DNA of 64,000 nucleotides. Origin: Spironucleus salmonicida. Taxonomy: Eukaryota. Position numbers and translations under genes: made by a program. The notes beneath the pieces were generated by a model, which saw nothing but the letters and a program-made list of their open reading frames with translations, ran no database searches and was not told where the DNA came from. Location of the stretch: positions 496,001 through 560,000 of the forward strand of contig NC_090596.1 in assembly GCF_000497125.1 (NCBI RefSeq), in the 5' to 3' direction. Of the stretch, positions 38,546 to 59,601 are shown piece by piece (positions within the stretch are counted from its first letter, which is position 1; each line of letters begins with the position of its first letter).

Positions 38546-38935
38546 TCACTCGATATAACTTAAATCAGATATAGACCTCTAAGGAGAACCTTTGGAAACA
38601 GGGCGTGTCCCCAAAAATCGTACGAGGGAACGCTGATTTGGTTTTTTCCATTTTGATTAAACTACAATTTCCTTATTTTCGTAATATCTCTTCATCATTT
38701 TCGCTTCTTCAACTTCTTCTAGATATCTTATATACTGAAGCGTCTTTGAATCTTTTTCACGTTCCTTTTAAAGACTGTTTATCCTGTCTTATCTAGCGCG
38801 TAAAATATCTATATTCTAACGAAGCTTATTAGCTGAAAATTATTGTTAATCGAGCACTCTTTACGGAGATACAAAGGTTCTTCTAGGTGCATAGGTGTTT
38901 AGTAACGTAGAATGCAAATAGGAGGATTAATCCAT
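38546..38935 (-). CDS. Hypothetical protein (129 aa)
   Basis: MDQSSYLHSTLLNTYAPRRTFVSP…; open frame ending GAG TGA. Confidence 0.6.
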
Positions 38936-39157
38936 TTTTATAGCGGAAATTTCTCATATACAGAGTTATTTATCATTAAGAACTATTTCCCTTTCCAAAA
39001 TTTTAATATTATTTTATACTAATAATATATTTTTATGACAATTATATCTGAATTTTATAATTTAGATCTTTATTATATATATTTAATATACTTTTACGCT
39101 ACACAATTTGAGCTTAAAAGCATACTAATATTAGTATATACAATGTTGCAAAGCCCT

Positions 39158-41584
39158 TCACTAGATAACCCCACATTCAAACTAGCATCCAGCCTGTACA
39201 GCCTTCTGAATAAACTTCCCGATCTTCTTGTTAAGTCTAATTTTACCTTTTCCTAAGTACTATTTCAACAAATCAAAACAGAATGGGTCATAATCGACTA
39301 ATCTTTCGTATTCGATTCCGTCAAGCTGAGTGTGATGCGCCCATATTTTCTAGTGCAAATTGTCGAAAAGTGGTTCGTAAACGTCAACGAATTTCTATAA
39401 TTCATCGTTTGGAATTGCTTAAATCTTCTCGAGAACGTCCTAAAATGCACTCAAAACTAACTATACGTTCTTCTACTTTAGCAAATCCTTGCTATATCCA
39501 TCTAACAGTTGCATGTAGGTGTCAACCTAATACTTACTTAAAGAAACTAAAAATAGTTCGCGTATATCCTATTATTATTCATGAAATACCAAAATTAATT
39601 CTACAATACATTTTAATTGGAGTGGTAAATTTGTTATATTATTATGTATTATTAATGAATTTTCTTCATCGGAAAATTAATGCTAAATAAGCGGTTAACG
39701 AGGATTCGTTACCTTTTCGCTGTTTTTCGCACCATCTTCATAGTCCAAAACCGCATTTGCAACCTCCAAAATGCATTGTTTTCCGGGTGATACAGCGAGT
39801 TCCAGAAGACAGTTTTGGTCCTGAATTTCGAATAAATTCAGCAGCGCATTTGTGCGTGCTACGAACCTCTAATACGTAAGAACCGAGTCGGTCTAAAAAC
39901 CGTATTTTGCCTGTTTTTTACTCAGCAAAACGTTCAAAAAGCGGTCTCTGGGATCGAGTAAAATTGCAAGTTTTAGCGCCTCAATTTAACTTTCGAAGGA
40001 AAGCGTTTCGCTCAAAAGCAGAATTTCCTGTATAATTTGCTAGTTATTGATTTCGAAATAATTTTGAGTTTCCACTTCTTCAAATTTTTCATTAGCATAT
40101 GTTAAAAATTCGTCATTTTTCGTAATTTGAAATTGCTTCAAAGCGCTTTTTTCAACCTTAAAATCAAGTTTTTGATCGAATTTTCCTTTCAAAAACTTGC
40201 TAATTTTAAACCACCCCATGACATTTTACACTTCGCAAGAGGTGTATTTCAGTAAGAAACTGAGCGCGAAAATCGTCTTTTTACAGTTTTTCTCCAAAAA
40301 AGTGCACACAATTTTATTGATTTCCTGCAAATGTGGCGTTATATCAGTAAATTTTTCAAGTATTTTTAGCGAGTTAACGTTGTTGATTTTGAGGTGTTCG
40401 GCGACCAAAAATCTGAAATTTTCGTCGAAAACAAACTTGTTGACTCTGACGATAATTTGGAGCTTCTGGAATTGTGAGGTCGCGAGCGAGTTGACGATAT
40501 CGAAAACTTGAGCTTTCAAAGGTTGATTTACGATGTCCAAAACGTCGAAAATGAGTAGTTTCTCTTTGTTTTCACTGATAAACTCGTAGCTCTCATGTTG
40601 GATAATAACAGTCGTTATGAGCATTTTGACGTATAAAAGATTGTCTGGATTTCTGGAAATTAGCAATTTCACACTTTCCGCTAACAATTCGACTTTCCAC
40701 TCCCCGTTCAAAACGCTCGAAATTTGTAGCTGCACAAGCAACTCAACGCGTTTTTCGATGTCTAAAAGTTCGGAATTTGACTCCAAATCAGCGATTGCGC
40801 CGGATTTGTCATTCTGGCGCTGCAGAAAGTTCTTGTAAAAACCAATTTAACTCAAACCTGCCGCCTCGACATCCCAATTTTCCTTTCCACTTCTGCTAAT
40901 AGTCCCTTCCTTTTTAATTAAATCTCTAATTTCGTCAAAATAGGTCGAATCTAGCTCATTTTTCGCAATTTACAAGCCGTTCAGGCTGAGCGTTTTGGTT
41001 GATTTGTCGCTCAATTTGAGGCTTTTTTCGAAGAAATTAGCTGCCTTTTCGCCGCTCAGAAACGCACAAACTGCGCGTTCTTTTGCAAAATTCGCGTTCG
41101 TCTGCCAATGCGGTTGCGCGAGAATTTGCCCAAAAAGTGACGCCGCTTCGGAGTAGTTCTGGAGCTGTTTGTACGTATTGGCGAGTAGCTGGAGCGGAAG
41201 GTGCGACTCAGTTTTTGAGTGGAGGGCTGCCGCTTGCAGGAGGCGTAATCCGCAGGTTTAGAGGGTCTGCTGTGGCTTGTTGGCGCTCGCCTGCTCTGTT
41301 GGGCTGAAATCGATGACAATAGCGAATTGGTCAGCCGGCATATGGTAAATAGCATATGCTTTGAAGGATTGAGCGTCTAAATGATCTGGGTGCGCTTAGA
41401 GCAGCTCAGATGCAGATTTATAGATTTGGGGGTAGTCGCGCTTGTCGATAAGAGTAAACAGTGACTGGTAGAGCTTTTTGGACTTAGCCGACATTTAGGA
41501 ATTAATTTCGATCATTGTAGGACGTTTTTGTGGTATTTATTAAATCGGTTTGGACGATTTGATTGTTGCTTTCTTTGGTGGCAT
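39158..41584 (-). CDS. TPR-like helical protein, probable divergent NatA auxiliary subunit (NAA15/Nat1-like; 808 aa)
   Basis: N-terminal KLYQSLFTLIDKRDYPQIYKSASELLQAHPDHLDAQSFKAYAIY and EALKLAILLDPRDRFLN (cf. NAA15 'LD..DRFIN'). One frame, including track ORF 40226..40786. Confidence 0.6.
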
Positions 41585-42314
41585 TTCAGTAGAGTGGAAT
41601 GGTTTGAAATAGAATAGGATTGGGTTGTTATTTTATTATATTTATAAATAATAATAATTATTATTATAAATTTCAAATTATAATGAGGTTATGAGTATTA
41701 TAGACTCAGTACAGATGCATTAAGTTACACGTTATTATTAAAAAAAATTTAAAAGTAAGAATATATATAACTTCATATTCTGAAAAATGATAGCTATCTG
41801 CGTTGTAGTTTATTCCAGTACCAAGTTAATTTATCTATTATCATACTTATTTATCAAGTTTTCATTTAGTGTCGAAATAACATTAATATTATTATAGTAT
41901 ATTTTATCCATGCAAAGCTTAGCTCGAGAAAATGGGAATAATCTACGTCTTAAATTATAGATACATTATAGACATAGAAAGACAAAATGATAACAATGTT
42001 AATAATCACAATAATGGTCCAATAAATTAAAACTGATATTAATGAATATTTCATGAACTGAAGCATAAGATAATTCCATCATGTTTATTTTTAGTTTGAA
42101 TTCGAAATCGAGATTTAAAGTTATGTTATTTTAGCTGTCTTAACGACTATATAGCAATTGGAAAGGAAATTGTAATTGATTTAATAGCTTGAAAACTATA
42201 TATTTATTAATATATAAGAATTAGAGTTCTTGCAGAATCTGATTTATCTGTTGCCTTCATACATAGATAATATAATACAGTATTAAAATTATTAATTTGT
42301 TTACACTCCTTGAA

Positions 42315-44054
42315 ATGTATTAAGAAGAATCTAACGAATCAGAGAGCAAATCATATGAGGACTACTATGAGCCACGACTGTTTTATCCAGACTATGACAG
42401 TAAATATGAGATATACCCAACTGATTTGTCTGACTAATCCGAAGACTAGCCTATGCCAATATTCAGCCCTGCAGAAGCAGAACATATTTGCGGCCGAAGA
42501 GATCATGCTGAAGATAGAACACTTATCCACAGTGAAGAAGGCTTTTAACTTCTGTGTGTCATGGATGGTCATGGTGGCTCGGAAGCTAGCTAGTATGTGA
42601 AGGATCACTATGTTGAAACTCTCTCCAAAAAATTAAAAGCGGAGCCAAAGATCAAAACCAAGACTGCTGTTGTAAATGCATTAGCTAAAATGGAAGATGT
42701 TGTATGCAATTCATGGGAATCAACTGGCACTACCTTCGCAGGCGTGATTATTCGCAATGGTAAAGCATTAATACACCATATAGGAGACTCTCGGGTGATA
42801 GTTGGCCTCAAAGACGGGCGTGTAGTAGAATCAATCGACCATAAGCCTAATTTACACTGCGAGCGTTATCGTATTCATGTTGAGAATCGACGTAAAATCG
42901 ATTACAGTAATAAATTATTTCGATTACAAACCGGCCTTGCAATGTCTAGAGCTATAGGAGATAAAGATTTTAAACGTATATCAAACGATGCAATTGCAAC
43001 ACCAGACTTCCAATCAGTGCCTTCAGAAGACGTTAAATGGATATTTGCTGCATCTGATGGAGTAATAGACTAGCTTACAACGGATTAGATAGTAAACATA
43101 ATAAATTGTCTCTGCCATAAACCCCATAAAGTTATGAAGACTAACTCCCATCTAGAAAATTTGGCAATTGAAGTGTTCAATGGGAAAGAGAATATCTCAG
43201 AGTTTAATAATGTCTTTGGCAAAAAAGACGCCGGATATTAAATTGTCAAATAGGATGGTTCATTTTCTAAAAAAATAGTAGATACACTTATAGCCATTTC
43301 ATACCGTTCTTGGGGCTAGGATAATATCGGTGCTCTATTCCAGGTAATCCCAAATTTTGAGGACTATCCACCTAGAAATTTTAATACCCTGTTAGTTGAA
43401 AATATAGATTCCCCACTAAATACTTTCTCTAAAACTTTCCCTTATCCAAGAATATTTGCTAAAAACCTCGGTAATTTTCTAGTATACGACAATTCAACAT
43501 ATACTCAACTCCTAATAAGACATAAATTTCCAGATGCAAAAATAACTGAACTGGAGCTCGATAGAGATTAAATAGTTAATCTTACATTTTAGTCATACTA
43601 ATAAATGTCTCTGTATACAAAATTTCCTGGTCATGTTTATGTAACGTAATCAAGAACTATGGGCGAGGGGAAATTTTATTCAGAAATACGAGGTTATAAT
43701 GAATAAAATATCAAAGAAATAGTGAGATGTAGTAATTCGGACGATTTCACACTTAAGTTTCCGTGTTATCGAATTAACGATATTTAAGATATCGATGAAA
43801 TTTACATGAAATTTGCAGAAATGCCAATTCCGCCGCTGATTTATTTTGAAAATTGCAGGGAATATACATCATTTGAAAACGATAAGCAGAAAGAAGATTT
43901 TGATATTTCATTACGCATAGTGGAGAGCATGAGACCCAAACAGTATTTAAGTTAATAAGTTTAATAATAACCAAAGATACACTCAACTAAAAGATACAAG
44001 AAGACTGTATCATACTTAGTTATACATAAAAAACTTTCTATACACAAAAAGTGA
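42315..44054 (+). CDS. Protein phosphatase 2C (PPM family) with C-terminal extension (579 aa)
   Basis: GRRDHAEDR, VMDGHGG, TGTT, HIGDSR, DHKP, LAMSRAIGD, ASDGV, GQDNI. Confidence 0.92.
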
Positions 44055-44904
44055 CAAATTTTTTAATATAATATAAATTAAATTCACATCTTATTATAGT
44101 GATACTATGACTATTTTAAAAATAAACAATACGGATACTGGTTAGGCAGTCATATTTGAAAAATTACTACTTATTATTTTATCTTGAATCCATATACGGC
44201 CTATCTGTAAACGATCGGAATATAACTGTTGTAATCAAATAAATATTATTAACATTAATTTAGTTCAATTATTACTATGTTTAGGATAGATTATTAATAA
44301 TTATGTACTTCTAATTCATCTTTTAGGTCATAATTTTGCCCAAAATCAATTAACTTATAATTTAAAGCAAATATAGGCTACACTACTATTCGTAAAAGTT
44401 AACGCAAAAATAGCACAAAATGCAGCAGGAGATTTCTTGCAGAGAGTAGAATATTTTGCGCTATATCTCATTACTAGCCACTGAAAAATGCAATTTAAAC
44501 TGCCCACCCATATTCTGTCACATAAGCCAAGGTTTTCTACCGCAAACATTCGTCACGGAACATCATAGTCTAGTGAACTAGTAAAAACTATATTTATATA
44601 ATAACAATATTATCATAAACGCCACTCGTTTTCACTAAAATAATTTTGGCTAAAATTAACTTATCATTATTAGGTATTGTAAATACGGTATATTGAATTT
44701 TTCACTCATATGACTTGACTTCCAGTGCACGGTACCCTGGAAAATCAAGCTTTTAACCCAATTCACCTAAAATATCCTCTCTAAAAATCAGCAATCTGGC
44801 ATTTTTGACGAGACAATTCCGGACTGAAAAGTAGAAATTGGCCCATCATAAAGAATTTGTTACATGCAGTCCAGATTTAGCCTAGTTAGCCCTTCCTAGA
44901 CTAT

Positions 44905-46287
44905 TCATTTTCCCTAAAATTCAGTATACAACTCATGCATTTCTGGCAATTATAATGCTAGCAGCAGCAGAATTCTCGAAGTGCTGGAACCTGCCGACAG
45001 GTTCAGATGCCAAATCAGCAATTACCACCCAATAGCGCAAAGAGGCGGAAATCTTAGAGCTTTTTTCTTGAGCTCTGATCGGAATTTAGTCTCTGGGAGT
45101 ATTCGCGCGAACGCCGCAAACTCGAACTGGACCAGCAGGTCGCCAAAGTCGTACGGCCAGGCCTCCAGCTGTTCGAAGTTCTTCAGCAGCACGCTAATGC
45201 AGAAGTTGGCCAGCACGTTGTAGTTGAACCGAAGGAACTAGTTCTGGATCGACACTGCGCGCGAGCTCTGGATCGTGGCATGGAGCGAGTCGAGTGCGGT
45301 GCTGGGCGGGATCAGCTGGATCACCCCCTTCGACACCTGGCTGATCTTCGCGAAGCTCTGCTCGTTGAGCACGTGCACCAGCCGTGCCAGCTGCGGCCCG
45401 TCCAGAAGCCGGCTCAGCTGCTTGGACTGCGCGTGGAAGTGGCCGCTCCTCGGCTCTAGGGCGAAGAGGTCCAGCATCGCGAGGCACTTCCCGCAGCTCA
45501 CCCTGTCGAGCTGGAGCAGGAACGGCAGCACCGTTCCTTCGTCCAGGTGCCGCTGAAGCGCCGCCGGGTCCCGCGCGAATACCGTTGCCAGCTCCTCCGC
45601 CCTCTGCGAGCGGAACTCGTGCATCTGCTGCATGACCAGGCCGTGCCTCGCGATTTCAGCGAACTGCTGCGTCCGGAGCGCCGTCTTGAGCATCTTCCGC
45701 ACGAAGAACACGTACGCCTGGAATGGGTGCTGCGTGAACTGCTTCAGAACGTCGAGGTCGATGTTGTTCAGCTGCTGGTCTAAGTGCCGCGAGTCAGCCA
45801 GCGCCTGGCCAAAGAGCACCAGCTTGAGCTGCTCGAGCACGTTGACCTCTGGCGCGAACGTGTACCTGCCGTCCACGGTCTCTAGGCAGAAGGCGCCCAG
45901 CTTCTGGCAGAGCCGGATCAGGCCCAGCACCTGGCTCCAGGACAGCACGAACTCCTCATAGAGCACGCACGGGCCCACTAAAAGCTCCCGGGCGCTCTCG
46001 CAGTGCAGAAATATCTGTGATCTTATCGTTGAGCAGTGTTGGAAATTTTGCTCAGATTACTGTTATTTTGTAACGAAAAACGTATAGGAATTTAATTAAT
46101 TCGATTAAAGAAGTGGTTATGACGAATTTTAGTAGATTTATATTGGTATTTTCAATAATTAAGTCGTATAAAATTAATAAAAGCTGAGATGCAAACTTTG
46201 CGAAGCTGGACTTTATTATACCCAATTATTGCTTACATATAAAAGGGAGTATATTATTTTGTTTGCCGAATAGAAGATGATTATTGA
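44905..46287 (-). CDS. Hypothetical coding region with GC-rich core; start and end unresolved
   Basis: TGA-free frame joining track ORFs 45238..45978 and 45022..45216, with strong G/C third positions. No in-frame ATG near the 5' end; the first is at 45693. Confidence 0.5.
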
Positions 46288-47159
46288 TCAAATTGTACTG
46301 AATATTAATAGTTTGATAATCATAATAGATGATATATAGATGTAAATATTAATGGGAATCAAATATTAAGATTGCCATGTTCTTTTGGGTTGGTTTTATT
46401 ATTCTAGGTGCTTTTACTATCTGTGATGTGATGAAAATAGGTAATATAAAGAAATTAAATCTATAGAATATATAGAAAGTCGAGAGAATAAAACTGTAGA
46501 TTGGTTGTTTCTACTGAGGTACTAACTACAAGATTCGAGATCCCTAACCATGATATTGTAAAAATACGAATCGTGAACTATATAATAAATTGGAGAATTT
46601 GTATAATAAAATTTGTTGCAAACAACATTTTAAACAGTACCTGTATATAGAGAATATAATTAAATACCTGTTCAAACTATTTACATTTGAAAAGTACGTT
46701 ATTATCCATAATATCAATAGACATAGCATCTGATTTCTTACTTGATGCTAATCTTAACTGAAATTACAATTTAATTAGTAAGTGTTTAAAATTATTTACA
46801 TAACATTAAATCTATATTATTCCTAGTTAGATTGTTTGTTTAGTGCAGATAATATATAAGTTTGTAATATATGACCATAAATACATATAAGACTCTAAAA
46901 AAATTAAAACAATATTATTTTTAAGGATTGATTAGGAAATAACTAATAAATGTATATGGAACGAAAATGGGATAACTAATTGCATACTATAGGCAATTTG
47001 GTTGAGTATTAAAAAAGCTCATTTTTGATAAAATGTGATAGTTATTTAATAATATACTATTATATTGATATTTTAATAATGTTAAAAATTATATGAAGTA
47101 AATTAATCAATTAAACTCTAAGTAATATTAATTTCTCACTTAACAACATTATAGGATAC

Positions 47160-55454
<8,295 letters not shown>

Positions 55455-58400
55455 TTGATGAAAGTATTGCTAATTTAGATAAAATAATATTATCTATTTA
55501 GTATTTGTCTGCAAAATTAATTGTTTTCATTTATATTTAATTAATATTTTAGTGTATCAATATTAATTTAATGTAAAAATATCGAAAATATATAGACAAA
55601 TATATAATTTAGCAAGAGTTATTCTAAAATTGTAAAAATGTATAAAAAGTACTAATAAATAAATTAAAATTATATTCATTGCTGATTAATAATTAGAATA
55701 AAAAATATAATATGAAACATATAAAATAAATGATTAATTTTAACATAGAGTTGATATTAAATATAATATATATGCTTGAAAATTTGAAATTAAGTAATTA
55801 TAATATTTTGATAACATAAATAAAATATAAATATCATTTAGAATATGTTTAATAAACTTAAAATATCAGTATTACATAACGAAGTTTATCTAATTACCTA
55901 ATTTATACATTGAGCATCTTAAGCGTAAAAGAGATAGCAGTTTAGAATACAGGATATCCAAAATATGAGAGGGATAAGTTTCGTGACAAGATTTATATAT
56001 GTATAGTGAATTAAATAAATAATGGCATATATTATTCAAAAATGCAAGAATCAACTACTAATATTTTATAAATATATTTTTAATTTATATGTTTAATATT
56101 TTAAGATATAATAATATATTTTATTGGTTGAGTTTTAAATGAAATCAATCCGGTAATACAATAGCCTTTCTTTGAGTAAGAGTTCTATTTGTTATGCGTA
56201 TTTAATATAGAAATTAATATAAAATGTACAACAGTTGCCTTTAAACTTATTAGTGCCCTATAAGCTTTGACAAATTTATAATTTATAAACATCCAATTAA
56301 TCTCTACCATCCTATTTAGTATGTATTATATAAAGCTAAGGCATTAACAAATATTTTATTACGATATAAGTATTTATCAGAGATTAATTTAAAATAATCA
56401 ATCATATTAGAAATTCATGTATGTCAAATACCATTGACTTAAAAACTTATACACAAAATTTTGGTATTGATTTTTAGAGTATAATTAAATGTATAACTTG
56501 GAATTTTACATAGTACTGTTTTATTTGATAATATTATACTATCGCGGCTACTCAATAATTTATTTTGATAGCTTGATCGTATGCTAAATAAAAATCTTAA
56601 TATTTTAAATTCGTATAAAAATTGAATAAAGATTTTCTTTATAATGAGATCTAAAAATATATTTAAATACTTATCATAATCATCTGACTCTTATTAAATA
56701 AATCTATATAATTTAAACTTTTAAATGAAATAAATTGTTAAACATATAACTTACCTTAAACATTAATGCATGAAAATTTCCATATTTTAGTATTATTTTA
56801 GGGATATATTATTGGCGATGATGTATATAGAATTAAGGCTACTATTAATTAATTTACAAATTAAGCATAATTTGAATTAAAAAATGAGCTTTCTTCTAAT
56901 TGTAGTGTTAAATACTACAAATATAAATAAGTAACTAATTTGAAACTTTGTCCATACTTATATATTCTCAATTTGAGTAATATTATTCTAAATTTTGTAT
57001 CTTGTTTATTTATACAAGACATATAGCTCAGTATTTTAAAAAATATATAATAATAAAGGGTAAATTCTTTGTATTAAAACGTAAATTACAATTGAACTTT
57101 ATCAGTATATTTCTCTTATTAGATATTTTATCTTGAATTGAAATAGTCAAATAAATATAAGTATATAATAATGAGGTTGGTTTTAACTAATTTAATTGAA
57201 CGAATTGTATAATACATTTTACATTCTAAATGATAATAAGATTTAAGTAATCCTAACGGTTTTATTTGCACACATAAATGATTTTTGCCTATGTCAAACG
57301 ATATATCCATATAGTTGTTGATTAACCTTAATCTAATTTTATACTACTTTATAATAAAAATATTCATAACTGTCCATTTTAGAAAATTTAACAGTGGTGT
57401 AGTAATATTCAATATTTAAATAATAATATAAATCTATAAAAGTAATAAATAATATTGGGATCAAATTTTAAATATGAACTAAATAAAGCTTTAGAAATAA
57501 ACGATATACATACAATAATTTATTTTTTGTCAAAGTTCTAGTTAAATAATTATATCAAATTTATAAGTATATCACAATCTTCCCACGAGTATAAATTGTA
57601 TAAAACCATATCAACTTAGAGTTAAACTGCTTGCAGAATAAATTAGTGTCCCTTAATAATGATTTAAATTATATAAAATCTTAAAATTTCTGTCAAATCT
57701 GTTCTTATGCATACAGTCAAATAATTTAATCATTATTTATTAAATTTTATACCTACTGTAAGTATGAGTTATGATTAAAAAGATTAATGTTTTAAATAAT
57801 TAATATATATTGTCATAGAAATAAATTCTGATTTAAATATACATAAACAATGAAAAGAAGATCTACTAATATTCAATTCTATAAAATAACTAAATTACCA
57901 AAAACTATTTTTACATATTAAAATGGAACTAGAATCGTCTTAATATATCATTTTATTATAAAACTATAATAAAAAATAGTGATTTGTAATAGTCTCATAA
58001 CTTATAGTTTTATAGCCACATGAATTACTACATGTTGTAGTTATCTAATCATTAGTAATAGTCCTTTTAGTATACAAATTTATTAGAAAAAACTTAAAAA
58101 TATAGTAATTTTACAAATAAAATAACTAGAAATTATTTGTTTAATTAAGGAGTTTATATATTATAAAAATAAATTTGCCATATTGTGATTAAATAGTGTA
58201 TGTTTAAATTTTTTAATCTAAAACATTCGGTGGAATAATTCTAGTAATGCATAAAAGAGTAACGGTTAATTTTTTAAGATAATTATTAGTTCAAGTAGTT
58301 TTTAATTTGATATTATAATTTATTTAATCAAATTTATAAAAAATTGTTATAACCGTGTAATCAATTACTTACTTAAATATAGTATTCTGGTATTTAGTTA

Positions 58401-59601
58401 TTGCAAATTGATGATTATATTTCATAGCTTAATAAATTCTAGTATTTGATAATTTTATAAATAGTACATTTTAGTTATCTAATTTAATTGTTATTTATTT
58501 TTTTATATTTAAACATTTATAGTAATTCTTCCATTCGTATTTACTATATAAATATAATACTTAGTATTCCACTAACTCTACTTTATAAAATGTTTATTCT
58601 TATAATAAATTATGTAGTTTATGCCCCATAAACTTTATTTACATTAATCAATTTTAATTACGGCAACAGAATAATATTATCAGTATTAATTATATATTAA
58701 TCATCTATAATATATTTAAATAGATATATTTTGAACAGAAAAACATTTATCTTTATATAATTTCTTATAATTAATTTAAAACTAATGAGTAAATTTCATA
58801 ACTGTATTAATTTGCTTTTTGTCTTAATAAGTGTAAGGGGTAAGAATTCAAGAATATATATTATTCTTTTAAAACATATTTTATATCTTTTTAATCATAC
58901 CATTTATTTAAAAGCATCAAATATTGTTTAGCATTACAAAATGTTTATTGCCTTAATTGTTAAAAATTCTTAAAATGTTTTGTTATTTTATGTATATAAA
59001 CTATTTACACTATGTTAAATCATTATTTAAATATAAATATATTGTATTATCTGTGTTATTTTATTTATGCAGCTTGGTTCGACTATAAGTATAATTAGAT
59101 TATAAGCTTTTTAAACATATGTGTAGATAACTTATCTGCTATTTTCTTCATACTCGTTTTGAATAAATATTATAAATTAATTACAATCATTCATATAAAT
59201 TTTAAACAATTGAAAGTTATGATTGTGACTCTTTTACTGAGATCATTAACAAATAAAATTTACAAAATAAATAACTTGAATACCGGTTATTTATTAGGAT
59301 TTGTATATAATATTTGTTATAAAAAATTTCAGTCAAGAGTTTAAGTAGTATATTATAAATTCTAATTACGGAATTTTGTAGACATTATTGACTGAAAATG
59401 AATATTATTAAAACTAAGAAATACCAAATTAATGTTTCCATATTTTTAAGCATAATATATTCATAGAATACTAAATATTATTAAATAAAATAATAAATGT
59501 TTGATTGTTTCTTTATCTTAATATTATTAAATTATATTAATAATTGAAAATTTATTAAAAATAATATTAGTTTAGTTTTACTTAACTTTATTTCAATTAA
59601 A

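Noticed and set aside
39035-39690. Plus-strand ORFs 39035..39256 and 39283..39690
   Set aside because: They lie antisense to the 3' part of the 808-aa NAA15-like gene, which reads continuously to 39158.
46441-46532. Possible intron GTAATA…ACTAACTACAAG, resembling the diplomonad fused branch point/3' splice site
   Set aside because: Splicing it yields only a very short ORF and the 5' site is a poor match; unsupported without RNA data.
56610-59600. Short ORFs in the very AT-rich spacer (57128..57310, 59159..59344)
   Set aside because: Low-complexity I/N/K/Y composition with no motifs; long open frames arise easily when TGA is the only stop.
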